Below, in pieces: positions 34,054-46,500 of a DNA stretch of 64,000 nt (position 1 is the stretch's first letter; every line of letters starts with the position of its first letter). This DNA is from an uncultured Pseudomonadota bacterium. Its GTDB lineage: Bacteria > Oederibacteriota > Muellerivitia > Muellerivitales > Muellerivitaceae. A model generated the notes under the pieces. That model saw only the letters and a list, made by a program, of their open reading frames with translations, was not told the DNA's origin and made no database searches. A program made the position numbers and the translations under genes. The stretch lies in the NCBI GenBank assembly GCA_963770835.1, contig CAVYRH010000026.1, positions 256,001-320,000 of the forward strand. Reading direction: 5' to 3'.

Positions 34054-37000
34054 ATGAAAAAGTCTAAAATCCTTTTTATTTCGGCTTTTCTCTCGGCTTC
34101 GCCGCTTTTCGCCTCCACAGTCACTTTTACGGTCGATCCCACGCGCAATAACGTTCCCATCTCCCCCTATATCTACGGTTCCAACAGCCCCATCACCTAC
34201 ACCCTCGCGAACGGCACCGTCACTTTCGTCAACCACAGCTATTACCGCTCGGGCGGGAACCGGCTTTCAGCCTACAACTGGGAGACCAACTGGTCGAACG
34301 CCGGCAGCGACTACTATTACGAGAACGATACCCTGATGGGGACCGAGGCTGACGGGTCAGGATGGACCTATACCTCCTTTCACACCCAAAACAAGGCCAT
34401 GGGCGCGGATTCGCTCGTGACGATTCCGATGGCCGGCTACGTTTCAGCCAACGGCGAGCCCGCCGTGCAGGTGCCGAACGCCGATTTCATGGCCGCCCCC
34501 GGCCTGGCTGATCCCCACGGCAACTTCTTCCCGATCTCTTTCGTGAAACCCGGGTTCCCCGGATCCTACGCCGACCCTCCCAACTTGACCGACGGCCAGG
34601 TTTACGACGATGAGATGGTTAATTTCCTCGTCAAGCACTTGGGTGCCTCGACCGGGGGTGGGATCAAGTTTTACGACCTGGACAATGAGCCTGGCGCCTG
34701 GTCCAGCACCCACGCCGAAGTCCACAATTACCCGGTGAGTTTCTTGGAGGTGGCGATGAAGGGGGTGACCGTGGCCACCCAGACGACGGCGCTCGACCCG
34801 GGGGCGCAGATCCTGGGCCCGGTGGCGGACGGATGGACGGACATGATCAACCTGGGCGGTGCGCCCGACGCGGGGAACTACTCCAGCTACAACAACAATA
34901 ACTGGGTCCCCTTCCTCAACTACTACCTGGCCACCATGAAGCAAGCCTCCAGCGCCGCGGGACGAAGGCTCCTGCACTACCTCGACTGCCACGTCTACTC
35001 CGAAGGCACCGACGCCGGGGGGAACCGCGTCAATGACGCCGACGTCAGCCAGGACGCGGCCACCACCCGCATGCAGCTCCCCCGGGAAATGTGGGACCCC
35101 ACCTTCACCGAGAACAACTGGATCTCCTGCTGCGTACCTGCCTATGGCCCCCTGACCCTCATCCCGCGCCTGCAGGGGGCGGTCAGCCAATACTACCCCG
35201 GCACCAACCTCGCCTTCTCAGAATACGACTACGGGGGAGGGGGGGACATCTCGGGCGGCATCGCCCAGGCGGATTTTTTGGGCATCCTGACCCAGTACCC
35301 CAACATGATGGCCTCCATCTGGGACGTGGGCGCAGGCGACCAGTACCTGGGCTGCGCCTTCAACTTTTACCTCAACTACGACAGTGCGGGCACCCGTTTT
35401 GGCGACACGTCGGTCTACGCCAATTCCAACAACGTGCCCGAATGCACGGTTTACGCCGCCAAGGACAGCGCCCATCCCAACCACTTGAACGTCATCGTCC
35501 TGAACAAGGACTATAGCAACAACAACACCGCCAGCGTCACCTTGAGCAACCTGGGGACTTCCGCGATTTCTTCCATCCGCGCCTTCCGTTTCGATTCGGC
35601 CATTTCGGTCATCTCCACCTCGACCGCCCCCTCTTTTACGGCCAACAGCTTCACCGACACCCTCCCCTTTCGTTCCGCCACCCTTTATGAACTCACCTTA
35701 AGTCAAAGCTTCGCCACCTCGACCTCCACCAACAGCCCCACTGCTTCTTCGACCCCCACGTCCACCCCCAGTTCCACGCCCACGGCCACGGGAACACTTG
35801 CCACGGCCACCAAGACTGCCACAACCACTCCCAGTGCGACCCTCACCAACAGCCCTACCGTCACCTCCAGCCCCACCGCCACGGTGGTTTGCACCAGCCT
35901 TTTCAACAGCTGCGACAGCCTGACGGCCAACGGCACTTGGTCTGGAACCAACGCCACCCGGTCCATTTCCACGACTCCTGCCGATCTCACCCAGGGAACG
36001 GGATCGTTGCAGGTGGCCGTGGCTACCGGAGCCACTTGGAACGACCAGATGTTCGACCTGAATAACTTTTCCCCCTCCAATTGGACGGGGGTCAGTCAAT
36101 TGATGCTGGATGTTTATGTCCCGGCCAGCCTCTTGGCGGGGACCACCTATAACAACCTGTATCTATTCGCGAGTTCGGCGGCAGTGGGGGAAAACTCCAT
36201 CTCGGCCGATGGGCCCTCGCTAGTGGCGGGGTGGAACAAAAACTTGACCTTCAACATCGACTTTACCCAAGGATCCATTACACCGGGGTCGGCCTTGATC
36301 GAGTTATTTTTCATTTTCAGCAGTTCGGGAACGAACACGGGAACCCTTTACGTGGACAATATCCGCCTGGTCCAGAACTGCGCCCCCACCGCCACTCCCA
36401 CCGGTTCCACCCCGACTCCCACCGGCACGCCCACCGCCAGCGCGACCCGGACCCCCACCCTGACTGTCACCCAAACCGCCACGCCCAGCCCCAGCCAGAC
36501 TGCCACACTGACCCCCACTTGGACGGCCACCAATACGGCCGGCAATACTTTCACACCCACTTTCTCGCCCACCTCTAGCCCCACAGCGACGCCTTCCAGC
36601 ACCCGTACGAACAGCCCGACCCTGACGGTTTCCGCGACCGCCACCAACTCGGCAACGCCGACCTCCACGGGAACCCCCAGTAACACGGCCACTTCTTCGG
36701 CCACCGAAACCCCCACCAAAACAACCACCTCCACTTCCACCCCAACGCAAAGCAATACGCCCTCCAACACCTCTACTTTGACTTCCACCGCCTCCCCCAC
36801 CAACAGCGACACCTTATCGCCCACGGCCACAATTTCGATGACGCCCACGGTGTCCTTTACCGCTTCACCCACCAGCACGCCCACCCTCTCCCCCACCGGA
36901 ACGCTGCCCACGGCCACCGATTCCCCCACATTAACCCCGAGTTCCACCCCGACCTCGACCACCACCAAAACCACCACATCCACAGCCACTTCCTCCCTGA

Positions 37001-38067
37001 CGAATACGACTACCCAAACAGCCACCAGTTCGGTGACGGCCACTCCGTCCCTCACTCCCAGCCGCACAGCCACGAATACCGTCACCTCTAGCACTACTTT
37101 CACCGCTACGATGACGACCACTCCGACGACGTCCAATACACCAACCGGTACCCCCACCAATACATTGGTCAACACGGGCACTCCCACCCTCACCGCTACC
37201 AGCTCACCAACTTCCTCCCCCACCCAAGTGACCCTTTCCGTTTCAACCGGACCGGCCCCTCCCTCCAGCTCCACCCAACTGCCCGGGGCTTCCAACATAC
37301 CTGTGATGCAGTTCCGGCTGGTCAACGGGAACAGCGTACCCGTTTCCATCACCAGCATCCAATTGACGGCCTTAGGCAGCGGGCAGGACGCATCGGGTAT
37401 CATCAGCGTGGCCATCTATGAGGACAACAACCATGACGGAATTGTGGACGCGGGGGACAGCTTGCTGGGGACCGGTGCGTATCCCTCCGACAATGGAACC
37501 CTCACCATTGCCGTCAGTAGCGTGATAAATCCCGCGTTAGGATTCCAAGATTACCTGGTGGTGTACAACTTCAGCACGTCGGCCCCAACGGGGACCTATT
37601 CCACCCAAATACCCGCACCCTCGGGCGTCAATCTTTCAACAGGGCAACCAGTCCTTTTCTATTGGAATCCGGTCACGCGCGCGACTATCACGATCGCCGA
37701 CGCGACGCCTACAACGACCGCTACCCCGACCGCCACTCCTACCTTGACGTCGACAGTCCAACCGATAGGTACTCCAACGCCTCACCCATTAGCGACCCAG
37801 GTGGTCCTGTATCCCAACCCCTCGAACGGCACTGAACCCCTCTTTATCGCCGTTCCTTTGACAGCCCCCGCCGACGTCAAAGTACAAATCTTTACGACCG
37901 CCTTCCGGAAGGTTCAGGAAAAAACTTACCCAAGCCAACCGGTTGGCATTCCGGTTTCCATTACCTTAAACGACAGGGAGGGGACCCCCCTCGCCAGCGG
38001 CCTTTACTACGTGGTTGTAATCACACCCCAAGGCCGGTCCATCGGGAAGTTGCTCATATTGAGGTAG
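34054..38067 (+). CDS. Second GH44 endoglucanase/xyloglucanase (paralog of 26804) with CBM-like module, Thr-rich linkers and CTD
   Basis: [48 protein letters not shown]. Colinear with the first GH44. Confidence 0.9.
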   Translation: MKKSKILFISAFLSASPLFASTVTFTVDPTRNNVPISPYIYGSNSPITYTLANGTVTFVNHSYYRSGGNRLSAYNWETNWSNAGSDYYYENDTLMGTEADGSGWTYTSFHTQNKAMGADSLVTIPMAGYVSANGEPAVQVPNADFMAAPGLADPHGNFFPISFVKPGFPGSYADPPNLTDGQVYDDEMVNFLVKHLGASTGGGIKFYDLDNEPGAWSSTHAEVHNYPVSFLEVAMKGVTVATQTTALDPGAQILGPVADGWTDMINLGGAPDAGNYSSYNNNNWVPFLNYYLATMKQASSAAGRRLLHYLDCHVYSEGTDAGGNRVNDADVSQDAATTRMQLPREMWDPTFTENNWISCCVPAYGPLTLIPRLQGAVSQYYPGTNLAFSEYDYGGGGDISGGIAQADFLGILTQYPNMMASIWDVGAGDQYLGCAFNFYLNYDSAGTRFGDTSVYANSNNVPECTVYAAKDSAHPNHLNVIVLNKDYSNNNTASVTLSNLGTSAISSIRAFRFDSAISVISTSTAPSFTANSFTDTLPFRSATLYELTLSQSFATSTSTNSPTASSTPTSTPSSTPTATGTLATATKTATTTPSATLTNSPTVTSSPTATVVCTSLFNSCDSLTANGTWSGTNATRSISTTPADLTQGTGSLQVAVATGATWNDQMFDLNNFSPSNWTGVSQLMLDVYVPASLLAGTTYNNLYLFASSAAVGENSISADGPSLVAGWNKNLTFNIDFTQGSITPGSALIELFFIFSSSGTNTGTLYVDNIRLVQNCAPTATPTGSTPTPTGTPTASATRTPTLTVTQTATPSPSQTATLTPTWTATNTAGNTFTPTFSPTSSPTATPSSTRTNSPTLTVSATATNSATPTSTGTPSNTATSSATETPTKTTTSTSTPTQSNTPSNTSTLTSTASPTNSDTLSPTATISMTPTVSFTASPTSTPTLSPTGTLPTATDSPTLTPSSTPTSTTTKTTTSTATSSLTNTTTQTATSSVTATPSLTPSRTATNTVTSSTTFTATMTTTPTTSNTPTGTPTNTLVNTGTPTLTATSSPTSSPTQVTLSVSTGPAPPSSSTQLPGASNIPVMQFRLVNGNSVPVSITSIQLTALGSGQDASGIISVAIYEDNNHDGIVDAGDSLLGTGAYPSDNGTLTIAVSSVINPALGFQDYLVVYNFSTSAPTGTYSTQIPAPSGVNLSTGQPVLFYWNPVTRATITIADATPTTTATPTATPTLTSTVQPIGTPTPHPLATQVVLYPNPSNGTEPLFIAVPLTAPADVKVQIFTTAFRKVQEKTYPSQPVGIPVSITLNDREGTPLASGLYYVVVITPQGRSIGKLLILR

Positions 38068-38315
38068 GGGCCAAAAGTGGGAAATATCGGTAAAACCAGC
38101 CAAAATGTGTTCATACAGTGATATTCTTAAGAAATAAAATCCGTTTCACCCGTCAATAAAGCGAACTTATCAGTCGATTGGATATGAGCCCATGCATCCC
38201 TTAGCCCGGTTTAAACCCTTCCTAGCTCTTTTCCTTGCCCTGGCTTGCCCCGTTTTTCTAAAAGCCCAGCCGGTACGGGGCGTGGCGGGCGACCTTTGGG
38301 CCGACGTGGTCCTGG
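37795..38315 (+). repeat. Direct repeat copy 1 (CTD coding region, intergenic region and start of NHL gene)
   Basis: Matches 42986-43506 at an offset of 5191 nt. The 124-nt intergenic part differs at only 3 positions. Confidence 0.9.
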
Positions 38316-41300
38316 GCCAGGGAGACTATGGAATCCCCAACTCGGCCTTCGGCCAGACCAAGTTCAACGAGGCCACGGCGGGAAGCCTTTTCAACCCGGC
38401 CAGCGCCACCGTCGATCCCCAGCACGGGATCCTGTACGTGTTCGACGCGGGCAACAACCGGGTCCTGGGGCTCCCGGTCTCCCAGATATCCTCCAACCCC
38501 GCTTCCAACCAGCCGGGCTTCAACGCGACGGTGGTCCTAGGCCAGCCGGACTTCCAGCATACGGGGTGCAACCACGACTCCAACTGGCAGACCTATCCCA
38601 CGCCGGTCCCTGCCAGTTCCACCTGCCTTTGCGGCCTGAGGTACGACCTGGAAAGCCTCGCCGAGGTCTGGACCGGGGGCAACATGGCCGTGGACGGACA
38701 GGGGAACCTCTACGTGCCGGATTTTTTCAACAACCGCGTGCTGCGTTACAACTGGGCCGACATCAGCGCTTTCCAACCCGGCACGGCGGTCACCGCCGCA
38801 GGGGTCTGGGGACAGGCCGATTTTACCTCCGTCCAGCCCAACCAGGGCAACAGCACACCTTCGGCCTCCACAATCCAGTTTTATCCGTCGCCCGATTGGC
38901 GGGACGGGGTGGGAACGGATGATTGGGGAAACCTTTGGGTGGCGGACAACGGCAACAACCGGGTCCTGCGTTTTCCCAACCTCAACGCGCCCAACCCGGG
39001 GCTTCCCGCCCCCACCGCGGACGTGGTGCTGGGCCAGGCATCCTTCACGGGTAATGCCAACACGAACATGTATTCCCCTCTCTCCGTCAGGGTGGACAAG
39101 GCGGGGGACGTCTATACGACAGCTTTTCTCAATGGGAGCGCCACCAGCCGCGCGGTGATGATTTATAAGCCCACGGGTTACGCAACTAGCGGAGAGCCTA
39201 TTTATGGGACCAACATGGCGACAGTGCCCAGCGTTTCCATTTCCGCCACCTCGGGTAGCCCTCTGGGATTGGAGTGGGACGCCCCACCCACCGTCGTGGG
39301 CGGGGTCACGCTGGGTGGCATCGGGAGCGCCCCCTCGGAGGGAACTACCGGCGGATTGTGGGTTTCCTACCTGAACGGATACAGCAGTTACCTCGTCCTC
39401 TATCAGCTCGCCCTTGGAAAAACAACGCCCCCTTCAATCACTTCCAAGGCCGTTAAGGCGCTGATGAGCGACAACCTTCTGGGGCCCGCATCGGGGGGGA
39501 CCACGGGGGACCAAGCGCCTTACCTGTTCTCCGACCTGACGGGAAACGCCGCCAACAGCTGGAACATCGGCGATATCGACGGCTCCGTGGGCGTGGATAG
39601 TCTGGGAAACGTCTTTGTCTCCGGCGGCTTCGTGGGAGGCAACCAGGACGTTTGGCGTTATCCCGCACCCATCCCCACGCCCCACGCCGGCACTGCCCAT
39701 TCGGCAGATGTGGATGTGATGAAACCCTACCGGTACCAACTTCAGAATTCCCCCGGATACCACGGCATGGATTACGCGGTGGGCATCGCCATCGCCTCAT
39801 ATAACGGGGTGACCCAGGTGGTGGAATCGGACTCCCTCGTCCGCTTTTGGGACATGCCCTCGGGCGGTCCGGCGGCCTTCCAAAACGGCCCCCCGGTGGA
39901 CGGGCTTATCGGGGGCAGCCCCCAATCCCCCCTGACCGGCGGGGGTTTCGGCCGGGTCAAGGCCGACAAAGTCGGGCACCTATGGGCTATCGCGCCGGGG
40001 GGGACCCAGCTTTGGATTTACAAGCTCCCCCTCATCAACGGGGAATCGGCATCCCAAACCCTTTCCCTGGGCAGCCCCATCCCCCTGCTCGGGGGCGGTT
40101 CGGTCAGCCTGACCAATAGTTCCACCTACCCGGGCCACACGGAAGGCCTGGCGGTCGCCCCGTACGCCAGTTACCTATGGTTCACGGACGCTTATGCCAG
40201 CCGGGTGATGCGCATCCGCAACCCCCTGACGGCCCCGGTGGTGGACATCGTCCTGGGCCAGCCCAATTCCACCTCTACCACGACCGACTACCCCAGCGGG
40301 ACGCCCAGCCAAACCAACCTGAACTACCCGGGATCGGCGGTGCTGGACCAGTACGGCAACTTATTCGTGGGCGACCATTCGCTGGAGTTCAACGGGGACG
40401 GGCGACTGCTGCGCTATGACGTAGATACCATCCAGAACAACTCCACGACCGCCCGCTTCGCCGTGCCGGCCTCGGGGGTTTACGGGGTGGGAGGGCTGCA
40501 CAACTTCACCTCGGCGGGGGATACCAACCCCCAAAACGCCTCCATCGCCAACCCTTGGGAACCGGCCATCAGCCCGGGCGACGGCGCGCTGGTGGCGGGC
40601 TCGGACGCCCAAACCTACCCCTACAACAACATGCTGGTGGTGTTGGCCAATCCGCTGGTGTCCGACGACCCGATCACCCATTTGAACGACTTCGACCTGC
40701 AGTCCTATTCGGCGACTTTCGACGACACCGGGAACCTTTATGTGGCCAACCACAACCGCAGCCGCGTCTTCGTGTACCTCAAGCCCTTCGAAACGTCCTA
40801 TCCCACTCCCACCCTCACCCCCACCAATATCCAGCCCTGCTGCCAGACGATCTGGGACGACCCCCAAGGAAATACCATCTTCAACAACTCCACCTACGGC
40901 CTGGCCTATAACCCCGCCGGGCCCGGCACTCTTTACGTGGGAGGGGGCACTTCGATCATCGCGGTCAACCCCGCCACGGGGACGTCCCTGGGAACGGTTC
41001 CGGTAGCCGCGGGGATCTTTAACGGTGTCATGGCCATGGCTATGGGAGTGTCCCTGCCCCAATACCTCTACGCGGGGGACCAGTCGTCGGTGCATAAAAT
41101 CCTGGTTCCGGGCGGAAGCTCGCCGGTTTCCTTCCCCATCGGCTCCACCGTCATGGCCATTGGCGTGGACGGCGCCGACAACGACGACCTTTACGTGGGA
41201 GCCATCTCGAACAGCGTTTATAAGGTTACCGGGGGGACGGTGACGGCCCTCACGCTTTCCGGAAGCCCGACGATCGTAGGCCTGGGCGGCGTGCTGTTGG

Positions 41301-43258
41301 AAGGCGGGGACGCGGCCCCCCTTACCCTTTACGTCACCGATATCGGGAGTGCGGACGCCCTGGAGTTCGTCCAGGATTCAACGGGTGTCGCCGGCAGCAC
41401 CACTTTTAACTTCATCAGCACGAAGCAGGCGGGGAACCTGGAATTTCCCCACCAAATGGCCCGGGACGCGGAGGGGAACATCTACCTGTCCCAGACGGGC
41501 CGCTATTTCCTCTTCGACCCATCCTTCAATTACATCTCCACCTGCCTCACTTCGCCGGTCGTGCCGGACGCCCAAGGCATCGCGGTGGACCCCCAAGGCG
41601 GGGTCTACGTGGGATCGAGCGGGGACAACCATGCCCTGCTGAAGCTCGGCTGCCCGCCGCCGACCCCCACGCCCTTGACCACCCCGACCCCCACCGTGAC
41701 CTTGACGCCGACGGTCAGCCCGACCCCCACGCCCACCCCGGTCTTGGCCCAATTGGCCTGCTCCTCCGCTTCCGCTTGGGCGGATTCGGTCCCCGAGGGG
41801 ATGGCCTTGGACGGTTCCAACAACCTCTATGTGGTGGACGGGTCCTCCAACCAAATCGACGTCTTTAATTCCGGAGGTTCGCTCGCCCCGAGTATGGGGG
41901 CAGGAAAACTGAATTCCCCGGAGGGTGTGGCGGTGGACGGAAACGGCTATCTTTACGTCACGGACCAGTACCTGAACCAAGTCTTCCTCTTCAATCCCAA
42001 TGGAACACCCCTGACGCAGTGGGGCTCCATCGGCAGCGCCCCGGGCCAATTCATCACGCCCTACGGCATCGCGGTCACGTCCACTTCCGCCGGCACCACG
42101 GTTTTCGTGGCGGACCAGGGCAACCAGAGGGTCCAGGAGTTCCTGGTCCAATTCTCGCCCGCCTTGTCGATATCCAGCCCGGCCGCGCCCTGGGGGACGG
42201 GGGGGACGGGCGGCCACGGGACATTCGGTTCCCCCGCGGGGGTGGCGTTGGATGCCTCCGGCAACGTCTACGTGGCGGATATGGATACGGGCCTGGTCCA
42301 GGCCTTCAACGGCCAGGGCACCTGGCAAAACCAATGGGACGCGACTGCTGGCACGGCCTTGTTGACCGCCAACTTCCTTTCGATCTACCACCAATGCCTG
42401 GTTTACGTGACGGACGGCTTCGGTACCGTGGGAGTGTTCGACACCAACGGCAATGCGATGGGTTCGGTTCCGGGTCCAGGGCCGGGGAACGATTTTTACG
42501 ATACCGAGGGCGTCGTGGCGGGCAACGGCGGTTGGTTCGTGGCCGACCAGGGCACGGGCCAAATTTACGGGTTCGGGCAATGCCCGGTGACTTCCTGCTG
42601 GACGAGCCTGCCGACCTCAACCCCTACCGCGACCGCCAGTTCGACCCCCACGAGTTCGGCCACCTTGACCCCGACTTTTACAACGGCAGTCACCCCTTCT
42701 TCCACGGCGACCTGGACCCCGACAGCCACCCCCACCCTTACTCCCACGGATACGGCAACGGCTTCGCCAAGCCTCACGGCCACCAACTCCCCAACCTGGA
42801 CGGCCACCTCTACCGGAACTCTCCTCCCTACTTCGACGGCCACTTCCACGCCCACGGTAACCCTCTCAGCCACCCCCACCAATACCCTGGCCAGCACGGC
42901 CACCCCCACGGCCACTCCCACCCTGACGCCTACCTTAACATCGACAGCCCAGCCGACCAACATTCCAACGCCCCACCCATCAACGACCCAAGTGGTCCTG
43001 TATCCCAACCCCTCGAATGGAACCCAACCGCTCCTCATCGCGGTTCCGTTGACCGCTCCCGCCGACGTCAAAGTGCAAATCTTCACGACCGCCTTCCGCA
43101 AGGTGCAGGAGAAAAACTATCCGAGTCAACCGGTTGGCATTCCGGTTTCCATCACCTTAAACGACAGGGAGGGGACTCCCCTCGCCAGCGGCCTTTACTA
43201 CGTGGTTGTAATCACACCCCAAGGCCGGTCCATCGGGAAGTTGCTCATATTGAGGTAG
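38192..43258 (+). CDS. Large secreted NHL-repeat (beta-propeller) protein with Thr-rich linkers and CTD
   Basis: Repeated ADVVLGQ.DF, D..GNL(W/Y)VAD..NNRVLR and P.GVA(V/L)D..GN.YV motifs; C-terminal YPNP...LASGLYY...KLLILR. Confidence 0.88.
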   Translation: MHPLARFKPFLALFLALACPVFLKAQPVRGVAGDLWADVVLGQGDYGIPNSAFGQTKFNEATAGSLFNPASATVDPQHGILYVFDAGNNRVLGLPVSQISSNPASNQPGFNATVVLGQPDFQHTGCNHDSNWQTYPTPVPASSTCLCGLRYDLESLAEVWTGGNMAVDGQGNLYVPDFFNNRVLRYNWADISAFQPGTAVTAAGVWGQADFTSVQPNQGNSTPSASTIQFYPSPDWRDGVGTDDWGNLWVADNGNNRVLRFPNLNAPNPGLPAPTADVVLGQASFTGNANTNMYSPLSVRVDKAGDVYTTAFLNGSATSRAVMIYKPTGYATSGEPIYGTNMATVPSVSISATSGSPLGLEWDAPPTVVGGVTLGGIGSAPSEGTTGGLWVSYLNGYSSYLVLYQLALGKTTPPSITSKAVKALMSDNLLGPASGGTTGDQAPYLFSDLTGNAANSWNIGDIDGSVGVDSLGNVFVSGGFVGGNQDVWRYPAPIPTPHAGTAHSADVDVMKPYRYQLQNSPGYHGMDYAVGIAIASYNGVTQVVESDSLVRFWDMPSGGPAAFQNGPPVDGLIGGSPQSPLTGGGFGRVKADKVGHLWAIAPGGTQLWIYKLPLINGESASQTLSLGSPIPLLGGGSVSLTNSSTYPGHTEGLAVAPYASYLWFTDAYASRVMRIRNPLTAPVVDIVLGQPNSTSTTTDYPSGTPSQTNLNYPGSAVLDQYGNLFVGDHSLEFNGDGRLLRYDVDTIQNNSTTARFAVPASGVYGVGGLHNFTSAGDTNPQNASIANPWEPAISPGDGALVAGSDAQTYPYNNMLVVLANPLVSDDPITHLNDFDLQSYSATFDDTGNLYVANHNRSRVFVYLKPFETSYPTPTLTPTNIQPCCQTIWDDPQGNTIFNNSTYGLAYNPAGPGTLYVGGGTSIIAVNPATGTSLGTVPVAAGIFNGVMAMAMGVSLPQYLYAGDQSSVHKILVPGGSSPVSFPIGSTVMAIGVDGADNDDLYVGAISNSVYKVTGGTVTALTLSGSPTIVGLGGVLLEGGDAAPLTLYVTDIGSADALEFVQDSTGVAGSTTFNFISTKQAGNLEFPHQMARDAEGNIYLSQTGRYFLFDPSFNYISTCLTSPVVPDAQGIAVDPQGGVYVGSSGDNHALLKLGCPPPTPTPLTTPTPTVTLTPTVSPTPTPTPVLAQLACSSASAWADSVPEGMALDGSNNLYVVDGSSNQIDVFNSGGSLAPSMGAGKLNSPEGVAVDGNGYLYVTDQYLNQVFLFNPNGTPLTQWGSIGSAPGQFITPYGIAVTSTSAGTTVFVADQGNQRVQEFLVQFSPALSISSPAAPWGTGGTGGHGTFGSPAGVALDASGNVYVADMDTGLVQAFNGQGTWQNQWDATAGTALLTANFLSIYHQCLVYVTDGFGTVGVFDTNGNAMGSVPGPGPGNDFYDTEGVVAGNGGWFVADQGTGQIYGFGQCPVTSCWTSLPTSTPTATASSTPTSSATLTPTFTTAVTPSSTATWTPTATPTLTPTDTATASPSLTATNSPTWTATSTGTLLPTSTATSTPTVTLSATPTNTLASTATPTATPTLTPTLTSTAQPTNIPTPHPSTTQVVLYPNPSNGTQPLLIAVPLTAPADVKVQIFTTAFRKVQEKNYPSQPVGIPVSITLNDREGTPLASGLYYVVVITPQGRSIGKLLILR

Positions 43259-43506
43259 TGGCCAAAAGCGGGAAATATCGGTAAAACCGGCCAAAATGTG
43301 TTCATACAGTGATATTCTTAAGAAATAAAATCCGTTTCACCCGTCAATAAAGCGAACTTATCAGTCGATTGGATATGAGCCCATGTATTCCTTGGCCCGG
43401 TTCAAAACCTTCCTTCCGTTTTTTCTTTTGTTTTTCCTACCCGCCTTTTCTCAGGCCCAGCCGGTGCGGGGCGTGGCGGGCGACCTTTGGGCCGACCTGG
43501 TTTTGG
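42986..43506 (+). repeat. Direct repeat copy 2 (CTD coding region, intergenic region and start of NHL gene)
   Basis: Near-identical to 37795-38315. Confidence 0.9.
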
Positions 43507-46500
43507 GCCAGCCCGGTTATGGCTCCCTGACCTATGGCCTTATCAACGCTTCCGGCATATTCATTGCCGGCGGGGTGGCGGCGGACCCCAACCCCGCCCA
43601 CCACCGGATCTACGTATGGGACGCAGGTAACAGCCGCATCCTAGGTTTCAGCAATACCACCCTCTTCCAACCCAATTCGACGGCTACTTCCTTGGGCTAT
43701 ACCGCCGACATCGTCCTAGGCCAGCCGGACTTCAACCACGCAGGATGCAACGGCGACAGCAACGACCAGCTTTGGCCCAACTATGTCCCTCCCAGCCAAA
43801 CCTCCCTTTGCGGCATGTGGCAAAGACAGGGTTCTATTTCGGAAGGGGGGTCCCAATCCGCTATGGCGGTGGACCCGGCCACGGGAGACCTTTACGTGGC
43901 GGACGTCTTCAACAACCGGGTTTTACGCTTCGCTTACGGCAGTTTGATTTCCGGCGCCGAGGGGGTGTCGGCTGCCGGCGTCTGGGGACAGCCCGATTAC
44001 AGCAGCTTTCTGGTCAATCAAGGCTTTTCCGGCCCTACTAACTCCACCCTGTTTTTTTCGGGAACTTCCACTCCTTCTTTGGTCGGGCCTTGCGCGAATG
44101 GCGCCGGTTACTATGCCACGGGCGTGGGCTTCGATTCCAATCACAATTTGTGGGTGGCGGATAGCGCGAATAACCGCGTCCTGCGGTTCCCCTCGGGCAC
44201 CGGAGGCATCCCCCAGTCCACGGCGGACCTGGTGCTGGGCCAGGCGAGCTTCTATGTCAACGGCACCACCAATATGACCGTTCCCACCGCCGTCAGAGTC
44301 GACGGTTACGGGAACGTTTATGTCGTGGATTATGGGGCCCCGGCCGGGCGAATCCTGGTTTTCAACCAAACCACTTATTCCGGACTTTCGGCGGACACGA
44401 TACCCGACCTCGTTTACACGAATAGCGCGGTGGTGAAAAGCTTGGGGGGTATCGATATGGATAATTCGGGCAACCTTTGGGCGGCCAACGGCGGGGACGG
44501 GGGATACCCGGGCAGCAACCTCATCACCGAACTTGAACCCCTTTACTCGGGGACCTCGGTGACCGGGTTCCAGGTCATCAATGCCTTGGGCCAGGACACC
44601 CTGCCCCCCACGCCTCCCAGCGGTTCCTACGGCGAGTCGGGGCCGGATTTTTCCTTTATCGCGGGAGGAAGCGTTTTTTCCGCCTTCCTCGAGGTGGCCC
44701 TGGTGGCGGTGGACGGCAGCGGCAATGTTTACGCCTTCGGCAAGGGAGGCACGGCCGGCCTGTTCCGGTTCCCGGCACCCATCCCCACGCCCCAGGTGGG
44801 GAAGTCCTATTCGGCCGACGTGGATATTTTCAAACAAACCGCGGCGGGCGGGGGCGACCAGGTGGGAATGAACGGATTGGTACAGCCCTTCGGAGTGGCC
44901 GTGGCCGACGACAATACTTCCTCGCGCCAATTGATCGTGGCGGACAGCTTCCGATTGGATTACTGGAACATGGGCTCGACCGGACCCACCGCCCTTACCA
45001 CATACCAACCTCCCGACGGCTACGCCGGGGTGAGCAGCAGCAACGTCACCATCCCCGGTTTGACCGGGAATTCTTTCACCCGCATCCGGGTGGACCATTC
45101 CAGCGGGGCCACCGGATCCCAGCACCTCTGGGTGATCGCCCAGGAACAAACGGCCCAGATCTACAAACTTCCCCTGGCCGATTACGCTTCCGCCTCCTCC
45201 GCCGTAAATACCAACATTCCCGTCCTGGGCGCGCCGGTTTCCCTCGTGGATTGGACGGGGCAGGGAGGATTGAGCGGCCTTAACGACCTGATGCCGCAAG
45301 GCAGCGTATCGGCGCCCTACGCCAGCGGACCCGTCTCCTATTTATGGGTTGCGGATAACATCCACGGCCGTATTTTCCGCGTCAGGGACCCCTTGGGGCG
45401 GTTGGGCTTGGGACCGGTGGTGGACATCCTCATCGGACAAACCACCGCCGCCAACAATACCTGCTCTAATTTCGGGACCGTGGGTACAAGCGGGTGCGCG
45501 GGCAACATTCCCGAGAACCAATACACCCTCAACTGGCCAGGATCGGTGGGGTTGGACCATGCCGGGAACCTTTACGTGAACGATTTTTCCCTGGAAACAG
45601 CCGGAAACTGGAGGCTCTTGGAATACGACGAATCGGAGATTGCCCAGGCCACGCAAAATTCCATTTCCACGGGCCAAATCCAGTTCCTCAGTAATTCCGT
45701 TTCTTATACGGGCGCCACCCACGTTTACGGCCAAAACGGGTCCTTCACCTCTTCCTGCGCAACGGCCCCCCCGCCTTCCAACCCCATAGCGAGTGCCTGC
45801 ATGCCCCTCCAGGCGGCCTTTCCCTCGAACGACCAGGCCATGGTGGTGGAGGGCTTTGAAGGGGTCCCGCAGGTGATACCCAGCCCTCATACGAATTTTG
45901 ACCCCAACAACTCCACCCTGCCTTGGACGCACTTGAACGACTTTTACTCCAACATGTATTCCGACACTTTTGACGGGCAGAACAACCTTTATACAGTGGA
46001 CAACAACCGGGCCCGGTTGCTGGTTTATTACAATCCTGTCCCCGACCCCACCCCCACCCCCACGGGAACCTTGACCCCCGTGCCGACCCCCACCTCCACC
46101 ATCACCCCGACCCCGGGATGCTTCCAAGTGATAGGACCCCTGCCCAGCCCGACCGCCGGGTTTGTGGGCCCCGCCGGGATCGCGGTGGATTACGCCCATA
46201 ACCTCCTTTACGTGGCGAATTCCGGAAAGCAAACGGTGGAGGTCTATGGTTATTCCGCCGGAAGCTTACCCAACTACTTGGGCCCCCTCCAAGGGGTCGC
46301 CTTGAGCGTCAGCCACCTGGCCCTGGACCAATCCGGCAACCTTTATCTGGTGAGCGGCGCCCAGGTTTACAAAACCGCCCTGGGCGGCAGCGGGCTCACC
46401 GCCTCCTCCCTGACCCCGATCCTCACCCTTTCCTACGCCATCAACGGCCTTTACGTGGACCGGACCGGCGGGATCCTCTATCTCACCGAGGCACAGAGCA

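Noticed and set aside
37795..43506. Direct repeats as ends of a mobile element
   Set aside because: No transposase or integrase lies between or near them, and the repeats consist of CTD coding sequence and promoter DNA.
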